Assembly (NCBI GenBank): GCA_050273025.1
Contig: CP158636.1
Coordinates: 6,696,001 to 6,760,000 of the forward strand
DNA: 64,000 nucleotides
Source: Cenococcum geophilum
Taxonomy: Eukaryota
Direction of reading: 5' to 3'
In this document: positions 26,902-40,530 of the stretch, piece after piece
How positions within the stretch are numbered: the stretch's first letter is position 1
Layout of the letters: the number at the start of each line of letters is the position of its first letter
Notes under the pieces: generated by a model
What the model was told of the DNA's origin: nothing
Seen by the model: only the letters and a program-made list of their open reading frames with translations
Databases searched by the model: none
Position numbers and translations under genes: made by a program

Positions 26902-28370
26902 TTAGTCCGTCGCCTCCCTTTCGACCTCCGTCCGTCGCCTCCCTTTACTCCTCCGCCGTCGTCGCAGGGGCGCCGCTGGTTATATACCCCCTGAGGACGC
27001 GTCATCACGACGCTAGCCACCACCACCAGTCTGCTATAGAGCGGACGACCTCCTTAACCCGTCTGCTATAGAGCGGACGACCTCCTCTATAACCCGTCTG
27101 CTATAGAGCGGACGACCTCCTCTATAACCCGTCTGCTATAGAGCGGACGACCTCCTCTATAACCCGTCTGCTACAGAGCGGACGACCTCCTCTACAACCC
27201 GTCTGCTACAGAGCGGACGACCTCCTTTATAACCCGTCTGCCACAGAGCGGACGACCTCCTCCTTAACCCGTCTGCCATAGAGCAGACGACCAGCCACCA
27301 CAACTAACGATTCCACTACAACCTGTCTGCTGTAGAGCAGACGACCTCCTCTACAACCCGTCTGCTATAGAGCAGACGACCTCTTCTACAATCCGTCTGC
27401 TGCAGAGCAGACGACCTCCTCTACAACCCATCTACTGTAGAGCAGACGACCTCTTCTACAATCCGTCTGCTGCAGAGCAGACGACCTCCTCTATAACCCG
27501 TCTGCTATAGAGCAGACGACCTCTTCTACAACCCGTCTGCTGCAGAGTAGACAACCTCTCCTATAACCTGTCTGCTGCAGAGCAGACGACCTCCTACATC
27601 CAGTCTACAGCCATCGTGCTGTAGACGACCTCTACTACAACCAGTTTATGGCTGTCGCGCTATAGGCAATCAAACTATAGAGGACCGAAGGCGTACCGCA
27701 GGCGCACCGCAGGCGATGTACTGCTAGGGTAGCTATAGTAGGGGATAGGGGAAGGGGGCTGGCCCGTATTACCATTAGCACGTAAAATATAAGGTGTATA
27801 GGGAAATTGGTATTTATACCCTATACAGACAACCTTGTGAAAATTTTTCCTACTAGGGTGGGTTTATGTAGCAAGGTTCGCCCTTCTAAAATACTATTAG
27901 TAGCCTACTTTTGGGGAGAGTAGCTATTAATTACTAATTCCCTACCTATTCTTAAGCAAGGAGAAGAATAGGTTACATTACCGAAAAAAGTCGTATAGGA
28001 ATAACTGGTAGTTGTCTTCAAGCTGGCAAACTATATAGAGCCCTTTGTTTTTATATGCAAATGTTATTAAATCTATCTTTTAGAGCGCTTTTTCTACTCT
28101 AGGAACGGCAGAATACAGCAGAAATAGACAAAAGAGCTAGGATTTCTTTATTTCCTTGGTGTAAACTAAATATTAGAGAGCAAAATACCAGGACAAAACT
28201 CCCCTAGCATTTAAAACGGACCAAAGTGTCTACTTAGTTACTAGTACATGTTAAGCTGCCTGGGAAGGATTTATGTATATAGGACTATAGCGCCATAGCC
28301 TAGAGGCTGTATGCGCAGTATTGTACGTAGTATAATACAATTGGATATAAAAAAAAAAATTAAAAAAAAA
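26902..28370 (+). mobile_element. 1.47-kb poly(A)-tailed non-autonomous retroposed element (SINE-like or retrocopy)
   Basis: Flanked by (aa)gaacgtt at 26893-26901 and 28369-28377; A-tail at 28349-28370; absent from the homologous Gypsy copy at ~53090-53120. Confidence 0.85.
27029..27665. repeat. 35-bp minisatellite (gtctgctrtagagcrgacgacctcctctayaaccc)
   Basis: Roughly 17 head-to-tail copies, period 35 (27061, 27096, 27131...). Confidence 0.95.
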
Positions 28371-28835
28371 GAACGTTCTAATTTAATAAGGGCTTAAGAC
28401 AGTTTACTATCTAGCCGCGTAGTAGTAGATTAAATATAAGACTCTAAGACAAATTAATTAGGGAACTAGACGACTATTAAGAGTAATAGGTCGCATATAT
28501 TTAGTATTAGAAGTAAAGCAAATATTATAGGATAAATAAATATTTGCTTTAGTGCACTTTAAGTAAAAGAACGGTTGTTATAAAGATAGACTCGCTAACG
28601 TAATATAAACTAACCCATTTTTTAAATAGCGAGAATACGGAGATAGCATAATCTTACTAAGAGATAATATTGCAGCAATAGTGTAAGCACAACGTTAGGC
28701 GTGTAAAGAAGAAATTGCTTTAGGCATAATAAGTAATAATATTAACTAAATTAATTAGATGGATATTATACCTTTAGTAAACAACTTAGAGATATTTTAA
28801 ATCTTTAAGGATAAAGATAAAGAGGAGGGAGATAG

Positions 28836-29261
28836 TGTTACGGACGCTTTAAGTATAATATTACAACTACTTAGAGAAGAGACGAAAGAAGCTAGTTAGT
28901 TAATTTAAGTACGGTTTAGGATAGAGCCGATAGAGCTATATAATGAGGAATGGTAACTAAGGTTATATAATATGCTACGTATTAAACAAGAGAAATAAGA
29001 GGAACTTACGTACCTTATATATAAGACGTACCTTATATACAAGAAGGATTTTATAGGAGTACGGTTGTGTATTTAAGGACCCTTAGTCCCTACTTAGATA
29101 GTTCCTTCCTTATAGTAATTCTCAGAATATAATTAGAGTTAATCTATTAGGCAACCACTCCACCAGTTATTATTTCTTATCAACTATTATTACTTGCATT
29201 TCTTACACACCTAGCCTAATAACAGGACCCACCGTAGTTCTTGCTATAAGGTTCCGTTACA
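28836..29261 (+). repeat. 3' LTR of Gypsy A1 (426 bp)
   Basis: tgttacgga...tccgttaca termini; polypurine tract immediately upstream. Confidence 0.93.
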
Positions 29262-32200
29262 ATAAAGCTAAGGGGACTTAATACTTTAGCTAGGAAGATT
29301 CCTTATAGAAGAATACCTAGATAGATAATAGTAGTAGAAATGCCTAAAGAATACGTGTCTATGGTATATTAAAGATAAAAAGTAAACTAAGTATTAGCTA
29401 AAAGTGGACTAAGTATAAATAGGATTAAGCAGCCAATAATTAGGAAAAGTAGAGGCCTATAAAACTAGAGGGAACTAGTAATAGAGCCTTAGACCCTTAA
29501 AGGAATTTAAAGATAGTATCTAAATTTATAAGTTAAGTGGCAAGATTAACAGTTTAAAGTATTAATAGATAGTGGAGTAATAAGGAACTATATTTTACTA
29601 ATAGCGGTTAAAAGAATAGGGTTACTATATAGGAAGAAGAAGCACTTTTACCTATTAGTAATAATTTCAGGAGATCCAATAGCCTACGGAGGAAGTATTA
29701 TTAACCTTAAAATAGAACCTATTTAGTTAACTATTAAGGGAAGATAAATTAAGATATCTTTTAATATATTACTATTAGGGAATAATAAGGCAGTACTAGG
29801 AATGCCTTAGTTATAGGAATATAATCTAAAAATTAATTGGATTATAGGTTAGGTTAATATTAGAGATACTTAATAATATAAAATACGATAATAAGCTAAG
29901 TTAGTATAGTACTAAGTAAGGGCAACCTATAAAAAAAATAGAAAAAGGATTAAGTTATATACTAAAGAGATACTATAAGTATAGTAAGAAACTATAGTTA
30001 CTAAAAAGTAAGAAACTATTAAAGTATATAGTATAAAACTATAAGATAGAATTAGAACTAGGAATAAGTCTAAAAAAATTCTAATCTATAAGCTTACTAA
30101 AGAAGAAGGTAAAGCATTAAAAGAGTTTATCTAAGAAAACTTATAAAAGGGATATATTAAACCATTATAGTTATTAGTAGGTTATCCAGTACTATTCGTA
30201 TTAAAGGAGAATAGTAAACTAAGGCTGTATATTAACTATAGATAGTTAAATAGCATTACTAGGAAGGATAGGTATCCTTTACCTTTAATTAGCGAAATTT
30301 AAGATAGAATAGGCAATACGTAAATCTTTACGAAGATAGATCTAAGATAGGCGTACTATTAGATTAGAATTAAGGAAGGCAATAAATAGAAAGTAGCCTT
30401 TAGGTTAAAGGAAGGACTATATAAACTATTAGTTATATAATTTAGGCTTATAAACGTACTAGTAATATTCTAAAAGCGTATTAATAACGTGTTAGGAGAA
30501 TACTTAGATAAATTTATTATAGTATATCTTAATAATATTACCATCTACTTAATAACTAAGGAAGAATACGGAAAATAAGTTAAATGGGTTTTAAAGAGAC
30601 TATAAGAAGAATAGATACTAGTAGTAATTAAGAAATACGAGTTCTTTACTAGGAAAACCGATTTTATTAGATTTATTATTAAACTAGGCTAACTTAGTAT
30701 AGATCTAAAGAAGATTAAGGCTATAGTAAATTAGTAAAAACTAGAGAACGTTATGCAACTAAGATTATTCCTAAGGTTTTGCAATTACTATAGAAGGTTT
30801 ATAGCGCAATAGTTAAAGGATATTAAACTATTTATATAATTAATAAAGAAAGAAGAACTATAGGTATAGGGAGAGGAATAGTAAGAGCTCTTTAAGAAAG
30901 TTAAAGAGTTATTTACCTAGAAGCCAATTCTTAAGATCTATTAACTAGGATTAGAAACGGTTATAAAAACGGATATATTAGACTTTATACTAGGGGCGTA
31001 CTTTATATAAAAAATATTAAGATAGATAGTACCTAGTAGCATATTATAGTTGGAAAATAACACTACTAAAGCTAAACTATAACATTTATAATAAGGAGTT
31101 ATTAGATATAGTCGCAGTATTAAAGGAATAGAGAGCGTTCTTATAAGGCATAGAAAAACTATTTATAGTTAAAACAAATTATAAAAACCTAATAGGATTT
31201 CTAATAACAAAGGAACTTAACTAAAGATAGGTTAGATAGGCAGAGATACTTATAGAATACTATTTTAAGATTTAGTATATTAAGGGTATAGACAATATAT
31301 AAGCAGACGCCTTAAGTTAAAAGGCTAAACTATAAAATAACGAGAAGCTATTAGGGGCTTTACTGCGAAAAGATATAGATGGACTAATTAGGTTTAATTA
31401 TCCAAAAATTATAGCAACTTAAGAGAAACTAGATAGAGTTTACGAGTTATTAGAGAGCTTTTAGGCGCAGAAGATCTCTAAAGTATAACTAAAGGAATAG
31501 TTAGAATATCTAGGGGAAGAAATATTATATAAGTATAGAGAGGTAAGGTATATCCTAAGAAGTATAGTAGAACATTTTATAGAAGATTTCTATAAGGGAA
31601 TAACTTAAGGATATAATAGAGCTATGGGCTTAGTGTTAAGACTCTAGGAAGAGTATATTATTAATAAAATTTAGGGCTTAGTACGGAAAATTATAAAGGA
31701 ATATCTAGATTACTAGAGAAATAAACTAATAAGGTATAAGCCGTACGGAGGGCTATAACCTATTAAAATACTAAAGAGACTATAGGAGGTTATATTATAG
31801 GACTTTATTATTAAGTTGCCGAAATTAAGAGACCTTATTACTAGGTAAGATTATAACGCAATTTTAGTAATAGTAGATAAGCTTATAAAGTGGGGATACT
31901 TTATAGTATATATAGAAGAAATATTAGTAGAAGATATTGCTAGAATCTATATTAAAGAAGTATTTATAAGATATAGAGCACTAAATAAAATTATATTAGA
32001 TAGAGATTTAAGATTTATAGTAGTATTTTAAGAGGTATTCTTAGCAGAATAAGGAGTTAAAGCAGTAACTTTTACCGTATATTATCCGTAGACAGACGGT
32101 TAAACGGAAAGATTAAATTAGACACTAAAGCAGTATTTAAGACACTATATTAATTACGCGCAGAACAATTAGGTATTATTATTACTAATTATATAGTTTG

Positions 32201-34009
32201 CGTACAACACAACACTATAAAAAGGGATAGGCATATTACTATTCAAGGTAAATTATGGATATAAGCTAAGAATATTGTTATTACTATAATAAGTAAAGAA
32301 AATAAGTAGTATATCTAAAGAAAAAATAAAGATACTAATAAATCTTTATATAGACCTTATAGAATTAGTAAAAACGGTATAAAAGAAAATAAAAAAAATA
32401 CTATAATGCTAAGAGATCTAAGGGACTAGATCTTAAGGAGGGAGATAAAGTATAGCTACTATATAAAAACTTTAAGAGTTAATAACTAAGTAAAAAGTTA
32501 GACTATATTAGACTAAGAACTTTTACAATTAAATAAAGGATTTTACTAGTTACGTTTAAGTTAAACCTACTAGCTAAAATAAAGATCTACCCTATATAGC
32601 ATATCGCAATACTAGAGCTAGTATATAGGAATATTAAGCTATTAGTTTATAAAGTAGATATATATAAAGGACAGAAAGAGGATAAATAGTAAGTTTTAAA
32701 GATTATTAGCTATAAAGATATTAATAATAGAATATAGTATAAGGTTAGGTAGATAGGCTATAATAAGACTACCTAGAAGCTACTAGGAAATTTTAAAAAA
32801 AATACTATAGAAAAGGTATAGGAGTATTAGAAAAAATTAGGTTAGGTAGCATTAATGAAGAAGGATCGCTAAAGAATAAGTTACCTAAGGGGAACCTAAG
32901 AAGAGTAGTTGCCGAACTACTCGGATCTATTTCCTTTTTAGTTAGAAGAGAATCTATTTTTTTATTACTAAGTTCCTATAGACCTTATTCTATAAGCTTT
33001 TACTCCTTAAAACGGACCTTTTTATAACCCTTTTTAAGACGGATTAACTAAGTAGACGCCGCTAAACGAGATTTAAGGGCCCGTTACTAAGTATCGGCAG
33101 CCTCTTATTTAGTGTTTTAAAAGTAGTATAACTCCGCCAGAGCAATAGACAGTTTATTATCTAGCTATATAGCAGTAAATTAAATATAAGACCCTAAGAT
33201 AAATTAACTAGGGAACTAGACGACTATTAAGAGTAATAGGTTATATATATTTAGTATTAAAGAAAGAGCGAACATTATAGGATAAATAAATATTTGCTTT
33301 AGTGCACTTTAAGTAAAAGGACGGTTATTATAAAGAAGGGTTTACTAACGCAATATAAACTAACCCCTTTTTTAAATAGTAAGAACATGGAGACAGTATA
33401 ATCTTACTAAGAGATAATATTATAGCAATAGTATGAGTACGACGAGCAGTTAAGGAAGAAGAAATTGCTTTAGGTATAATAAGTAATAATATTAACCAAA
33501 TTAATTAGACAGATATTATACCTCTAGTAAATAACTTAGAGATATTTAGGATCTTTAAGGATGAAGATAAAGAGGAGGGAGATGGTATTATAAATGCTTT
33601 AAGTATAATATTACGACTACTTAAAGAAAAGTTAAAAGAAGCTAGTTAGTTAATTTAGGCACGGTCTAGAATAGAGCTAATAGAGCTATATAACGAGGAA
33701 TAGTAACTAAGGTCACGTAATATAATCTATATAATTTATAAGATTTATATAATCCGTAATAAAGTAAATAGAGTATATATATACTATATATAAAAAGGAT
33801 TTAATAGGAGTATAGTTGCGTATTTAAGGACCCTTAGTCCCTACCTAGATAGTTCCTTCCTTATAGTAATTCTTAGAATATAATTAGAGTTAATCTGTTA
33901 GGTAACCACTCCACTAGTTATTATTACGTTATTGACTTTAATTTGCATTACCTATACACCTAGCTTATTAACAAGCCTATCGTAGTACTTGCTATAAGGT
34001 TCCGTTATA
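29262..34009 (+). mobile_element. Ty3/Gypsy family A copy 2, 3' portion (gag end, pol, 3' LTR at 33586-34009)
   Basis: Colinear with 2955-6126 plus 26252-29261; begins abruptly after the A1 LTR, so A1 inserted into it. Confidence 0.92.
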
Positions 34010-36534
34010 AGAAGATTTAACTCCCTAATAACTAGACTAAGAATAAGGTCCTTCTAAAAGATAATAAAGAAGTATTTAAACTATTAATTTAAGAGGAAGA
34101 TAGTGACGTTAATAAGCTAATTTAAACCTTTAATAAGTTAGCAGACTTTAAGCTTATAAGAGCTCTTAAAGATGTGTATTATACGCCACCTCTAATAAAA
34201 GAAGATAAAGAATCTCTATTGCCTTTTACGTTAAGTATTTTATAAAGTTAGAGATATAAGATACTAATTAGGACAACGTTAACTAAGTAGGAGATAGGTT
34301 TTATACTTAGGGGGTATTTAACAACTCGGTTAAAGATTTATTTAAGGAAGTCGGCGATTATAGGTTTAAAGACTTTATTACTAAAATGATTACTTTAGCC
34401 TATTATGGCGCCTTCTTAGCAGGAAGGAAGTTTAACCTTAATAGTTAACTTAATAATAGCAAGCTAAAATTAGGTAAAATACGTGATATTAGATTATATA
34501 GGAAGAACTTACCTCCGCCACCTTAGACGATCCGCGACCTTAATATATATCCTCTTTAAGATCATTTCTAAGAGGCTTAATAAGCCTACCTCCTATCTTA
34601 TTATTAAATGAGGTTATTTTAAGAAATAGATAGGAAGTATGTAAAGGAATAGTAGATCCTTAGCTTAATATAGGTATTTGTCTATAAGGCGGATAAGTAT
34701 AGATTTCTCTAGAAATATAAGGCACGCTTAATAGTATGCGGAAATTAATAGGCCCTAGGAGACCTACCTATAAGAGCTACTATATTAGTAAGTATAACCT
34801 TTTAGACCCTAATGGCGATTACTATAAAATTTAACCTAGAGATGATATAGATAGATATAGTTAACGCGTTTATCTATTATAATCTTAACAAGGTCGTTTA
34901 TATAAAGCTACCGCTAGGGTTTAATAAAGGAAAGATAGATAAAGTACTGCGTTTAAGAAAAGCCCTTTACGGTCTATAACGATCCCCTCTATTATAGCAA
35001 AAGAATCTTATAAGCTTGTTAAACGAATTAGGTTTTAAAGAGGTTTCTTAGGAGCTATACGTTATGCTAAAAGGTAGAATAGTCGTCTTCTTCTACGTTA
35101 ACAATATTATCTTCTACTACCGAAAGATAGATAAAATAAAAAGCTTAAGAAGCAATTAGGGAGCTAAGCAGGGAATACTAGATAAGTACCCTTAGTGAGC
35201 TAAAATAGTTCCTAGGAATCTATATACTACGTAATTATAGCTAGAGGCTCCTATAGCTATCCTAGGAAGCCTATATTAAGAAGATAGCTAATTAGTATAA
35301 GATAGATCTTAAAGGGCATCTTTTAGATACTCCTATAGCAGAATTAAAACTCCTCCCTACTAATTACTAATTAATCTGTTTAATGCGTCCGTCCCCTAAT
35401 ATAGACCTATTAGTTCGTCCTATATCCCTACTAGCTTATATAATACTATATTAGAGAAAAATGGGTTTAGTACTCTATATAGCTACTATAACACATTTAG
35501 ATATTACTTTTGCAATATTATAGCTGGTAAGGTTTAATTAGAACCTAAGCTATAAGCACTATTAAGCGGTAGATAGAGTAATCTAGTACCTATATAGCAT
35601 AAGGAGCAGAATAATCTACTATAGAGGAGATAAGAAAGGAATAAACGGTAGAGGGAGAGATAAAGGAATATGTAATAAAGGACGAGATAATAAAGAAGAC
35701 AGTAAAAGTAAAGCGCAATTATTTATCTGTGCTAGCGACGCATTATTTACAGACAACTCCGTTAATAGAAAGAGCTCGCAAGAATATATTATAAAGCTAT
35801 TTAGGGGACTAATCGCCTAGAGAGCAAATAAGTAGGGTACTGTTACGACATTAAGTATAAAAGCTAAGTTATTAGCCCTATTACAGACAGTAAAGAAAGC
35901 TATCTTTATTAGTAGGCTATTTAAAGTAATAACGTTATACCTAAACGAGCCCTTAATTATTAACTGTAATAACGTCTAGATACTCTAACTAATTATAAAA
36001 GATACGGTAAAGCTAATTATAAAGCTCTAATACGTTAATATCTATTAATACTAGTTGCGTTAAGAATACGCAATAAGATAAGTGCTATTACAATAGAAAG
36101 CGATAAAGGAGATAATCGTTAATAGACTTATAAAGGCCCTACCTAAGTAGAGGTTTAAGAGCTTCGTTAATATAATTAAAATAGTGGATATTAAGGAGCG
36201 GCTAAATAAGGAGAAGCAACTAGAGGACCTAAGGGAGAAGGTTAGGGCGAGAAGGAAGGATTTAGATAAGATTATAGTTTAATTAACGCATAGACAGACA
36301 CGAGAAGGTAGCTAGCTTCGTCCTTAACCAGGTTAAAGCTAAGGGGGTATATTAGATAATCTGTATTCTTGGTGGCGTAGGATATATACTAGTTACGTAT
36401 ATGGGTTACGTAGATTATAAATATCTTCATCTAAGCCTAAGGGCCCTAGGTTAAGCAACGATCCAGATATAATTAAGATTATCAATTAATTAACCTATTT
36501 TATTAATAAATAGCTCTATATAAACTATCTAACA
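34010..36534 (+). mobile_element. Ty1/Copia LTR retrotransposon, 3' portion (RT, RNase H, LTR at 36350-36534)
   Basis: YKARL, RKALYGL, FFYV(DD)I, ASDA.F.DN..DRKSSQ, (H)V(D)I(H)..(W)LR, DGLTKALP; purine tract aagggggta; LTR termini tattagata...tatctaaca. Confidence 0.92.
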
Positions 36535-37505
36535 GTAGCTGCACCCTCGTAAACCCTTCTTCCTTTAATAACCTTAAGATTCCTACTTAGCAGAAGGAGA
36601 TTATTTAAGCTCTTAGTAAAACCTACTTATCTTAGGACTCTTACCCTATCTTAAATAACTTTATATTAGGCAAAGGGCGCGGATTTATTACCCTCCTATA
36701 GTATATTACTATACCCTTTCTTATAATATTAGTTATACTATTATCTATTAAGATAGGCAAATTAGTAGGCCGCCTAGTATTAGTAAGACCTTAATAGTAG
36801 AGGCGATATTAAAATACCTTAAGAGACTACTTTATATCGTACGTCTCTATTCCCTTATAATTATAGCTCTTTCTAACTAAGTAGATCTCTGCTAGAGAAT
36901 TAGGCATAATTATAGATGCACTTAAGAAGAGGCTTTCTTATATCTTTAAGATAGTAACTTACTAAAAAGCCACTCTGCTTTTTAATAAGGTGGATATATT
37001 TATAGAATAGCGTGCTACTAATAATATCCATTATAATGCCCTTGTTTATATATTCTTGCATAAGCTTAAATACTATAAAGGAATCTTATTTCTTACGACT
37101 AATTAAGTAAAGATAATTAATAAAGCTATCATAAGTAGAATATACCTTGCGCTTTAGTACGGTCTATTAAATGGAAACGCTTAAGAGGTAGTTTAAAAGA
37201 GTTTCCTTAACAAGGCGAGCATAATAAAAGGAGCCGCAGATTTTATGGAAAAGAACCTCAATATTCTAGTAAGGAAGGATCTTAATAGCTAAGAGGTAAG
37301 AGGATTTGTGTCTACAGTAAAGCTAAGCTAATTAATTTTCCAATCTAGATTAAAAATGCTATTTTTACGGCTTAAGTATTAGCTAGCTATAAAGAGATAT
37401 AAGTATCCTTATTATATCTAGAATTCGCTATTAGTACGAACGTAGAATTTCTGCATAATTTTATAAAAGGAGGTAAGTTTAACAATATATAGTCCTACGC
37501 TTAGC
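36535..37505 (+). pseudogene. Fungal AAA+ ATPase, 3' half
   Basis: GKGRGFITLL, (GVG)KTL.(A)EAI, LLF(DE)VDIF, LEYY(E)GILFLTTN, EAIISRI(H)LAL. 5' half displaced by the Copia insertion. Confidence 0.85.
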
Positions 37506-38130
37506 TTTCTTAAATTTACTAGGATATTAGGGGTCTATAAAATATATACCTTTTTAGTATATAGGTAGATATACGTTTGGGATTCAGCTATCTTTTTCTT
37601 TTCTTCTTTTTTTCCTATTTATACTTATTAATAGTTAGAGGCAGTACGTTACTTAACTATACTGTTTATTAGCTAGTAATATATATATATATATATCCTA
37701 ATAACTTTACGTTATATAGCTTTAATATAATATAGATATATAGCTTTAACGTAATATAAATATATAGCCTTAATCCTAAAATATAGAATCCAGTATTACT
37801 AAATAGAATTAGTTACATAAGTAGGTTTTCATTAAAATAAGATAGAAAAACTAGAACTTTATTATTTTCTTAGATATGCTATCTATATAGGATAGCGTAA
37901 AAAAGAAAAAAAGAAAAGCTAGTAATTTTAAACGGTTTTAAATAAAGTTCCGTACGGGATAGAAAATAATAAAAGTATTATTTTTTAGCCACTTTTCCCG
38001 TATAGGAGGATATTAAAAGAGGTATTTAAAAGCTAGATATAAAAAGAGAATTTTAGTAGAAATCCTATATAAAACATTATTTTTTATAAATATATTTTTA
38101 AAATAGAACATAAATTCTAGTTTCTATAAG

Positions 38131-38550
38131 TATAATAAAGCCTTATAATAGGAACTATGGTAAACTTATTAATAGGCTAGGTATATAGGTATAGAATAGT
38201 TAACAACGTAATAATAACTGGTGGAGTGGTCGCCTAATAGATTAACTCTAATTATATTCTGAGATTTACTATAAAGAAGAGAACTACCTAGGTAGGGACT
38301 GTAGTCCTTTAAATACACAATACTACGCCTAAGAAACTCTAAGTACGTAAGGTATGTAAGGTACGTAAGGTATATAGATAGATCCTATAGATCTAATAGA
38401 TTAACAGATCTCTTCCTATAACTTATTATATAACTTAACTACCCCTTATCCTATAGTTTGACTAGCTCTAGCACCTCCCGTGCTTCCATTACTAGCCCGT
38501 TTATATCTCTCCTTAGTAGTGCTACTACTGCTAATATAAGGTCCGTAACA
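38131..38550 (-). mobile_element. Solo LTR, Gypsy family A related
   Basis: Reverse complement of the family A LTR; 5-bp duplication ataag at 38126-38130 and 38551-38555. Confidence 0.9.
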
Positions 38551-39199
38551 ATAAGATTTTTTATTAAATTATTCCGTATGGGATATTATAGGAAATAGGA
38601 TATAAAATTTAGGTAATTAAATTTTAATATAGGATTAAAATATAGTAGATTATTATATTTATTAGCTGTTTATACTATATAGATAAAATTAAAAACTATA
38701 TAGGCGAATTGCTAGTAGATCTAGAAATAGGAGAACGAAAGCTATAAGGCATTAGTTCCTGTACAGGAGAGGAAAACGTAGCTAGTAGCTTTTATAGGGG
38801 AGCTAAAGCCGTGCCTAGAGGAACGTCAGTTCTAAAAGGAGTTAAATACCACCCAAGAAAAAATTAGGGTGCGCTCGTCTTACCCTCTTATTAGTTAAAT
38901 CTTTTCGTCCTTATTAGCTAAATCTTCTTACCCTCTTATTAATTAAATCGTCTCACCCTTTTATTTATTAAATTTTCTTATACTTTTACTTATTAAATCT
39001 TCTCGCCCTCTTATTAGTTAGCTTTTTACCTCTTTAGGCTAATTAACGTATTCTCTTTGGAATTTCTTTACGCCGCACTTTACTTTATTATAGATTTAGC
39101 GTCGCTTAATAAAAATCTTAATAACATATTTTTATTTTATTTTAGGAATTTGGAATTAAATCTACTTATTATCCTTTAAGACTTTCTATTATTAAAACT

Positions 39200-39622
39200 A
39201 TGCTCTAAGTATATAGTTCTCTAATAAAGTATAAATTTGTTTAAAATTCTAAGATATTTCCTATATATATATATCCAATTTATCTAGCCTTTATCTCCTT
39301 ATTAAGTCTACACTCTAAGAAACTTTTCTAGCCTAGAAGATAGCTAATCTTAACTTTATTTTAACTTATAGCTTATAACAGTTAGATATAAAGACTTATA
39401 AACCTAAAAGATATTATTAATAACTTAAATAGAGTTCTTAAACTTAACTTTCTCTTCTATAGAGAATAAAGAAGGTCTACTAGGGTCTATAAGAAGGAAC
39501 TGCCTTAAGCTTTATAACTAGTTATAGCAAAAGCTAGTATATATAGTAGGCTAGTTCGAGTATATATAATTAGAGATCTCTTCTTTATTATTATTATAGA
39601 TTATAGTATAATAAGCAAGGTG
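39200..39622 (-). pseudogene. PIF1-like helicase, C-terminal part
   Basis: (C)TRT(G)L..I(P)AFA.T..KA(Q)G at ~39500-39565 followed by SLY.(Q)L(SR)A. Confidence 0.8.
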
Positions 39623-40295
39623 CTAGGTGTTACGGCATTGGCAGAACTTAGCAGAACTTGGCAGAACTTCACACTAGCAAGTTGCTACAGATTGCCGCAT
39701 ATTGCGATCACGTGACGCGAAGACCTTATAAAACACTGAACGGCACTACTTTTCTTCTCCTTTCCTTTCCCTAGCTTTAGATTCTTATTTATAGACAATC
39801 CAATTATATAGGCTTGCGTGACCCTTTTGCCGTACTTATATCTCGATTAACTAAGTCGCTAATATTATCTAAAGCTTACTCTACTCTTTCTTCCTAAGAA
39901 GGAACTTAAATATATCTGCAAGAACATAGAATAGGACCCTAAGGACATTACTAGGACCATTAAGGATAGGACCTAAAAGAAAAGAAAAGAACCCTAAGGA
40001 AAGAACCTATAAGACATATATAGACCAAAACCCCTAAAGAAATTACCTAGAATTACCCAATACCCCTACTACCATGCCACGAACTATAGTAGCAGGCAAA
40101 GCAGCTATAGGACCCTTAAATACTTTAGATAAAGAAATAATTAACGTTTTAACCCCCCAGGCGGAGCTTGCGGCTGCTAATACCGAAATTAAATAACTGC
40201 AAGAGCTGCTTAAAGCTAGAGATACCCCTATATTTAATAATAAGTTATTATTAAATAACTAAAGACTTGCTATAGTCCTTTAGGCCCTATCCTAG

Positions 40296-40530
40296 TGTGG
40301 TGGGGTAAAATGGGCCACTACTTAGTGCCTTGGCATTTTCCTGTATATATTAAGCCTTCGGCTTCTCTCCTTCTCACCATCACGACCTACCAGAATACAT
40401 TCTTTCCTTTCTTCTTACTGACTGCTTTCCTACTGATTGATTACAGCTGACGACCGACCGACCGACCGACAGACAGACAGACAGACAGCATTGTGACTTT
40501 CCTATCTGAGAGTGGTCGTACCCTCCCACA
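40296..40530. mobile_element. 235-bp solo LTR of another family, inserted in gag of Gypsy B
   Basis: tgtgg...ccaca termini; 4-bp duplication ctag; removal restores the gag frame. Confidence 0.85.

Larger units (their letters stand above)
1..29261 (+). mobile_element. Ty3/Gypsy chromovirus LTR retrotransposon, family A copy 1; starts before the window and is interrupted by two insertions
   Basis: 1-99 matches the end of the LTR at 29162-29261. gag starts near 146 and pol motifs follow. The integrase end and chromodomain resume at 26252. A polypurine tract (aagaggagggagatag) precedes the 3' LTR. Confidence 0.93.

Noticed and set aside
27029..27665. CRISPR-like 35-bp repeats
   Set aside because: Head-to-tail with no unique spacers, no cas genes, and a fungal context.
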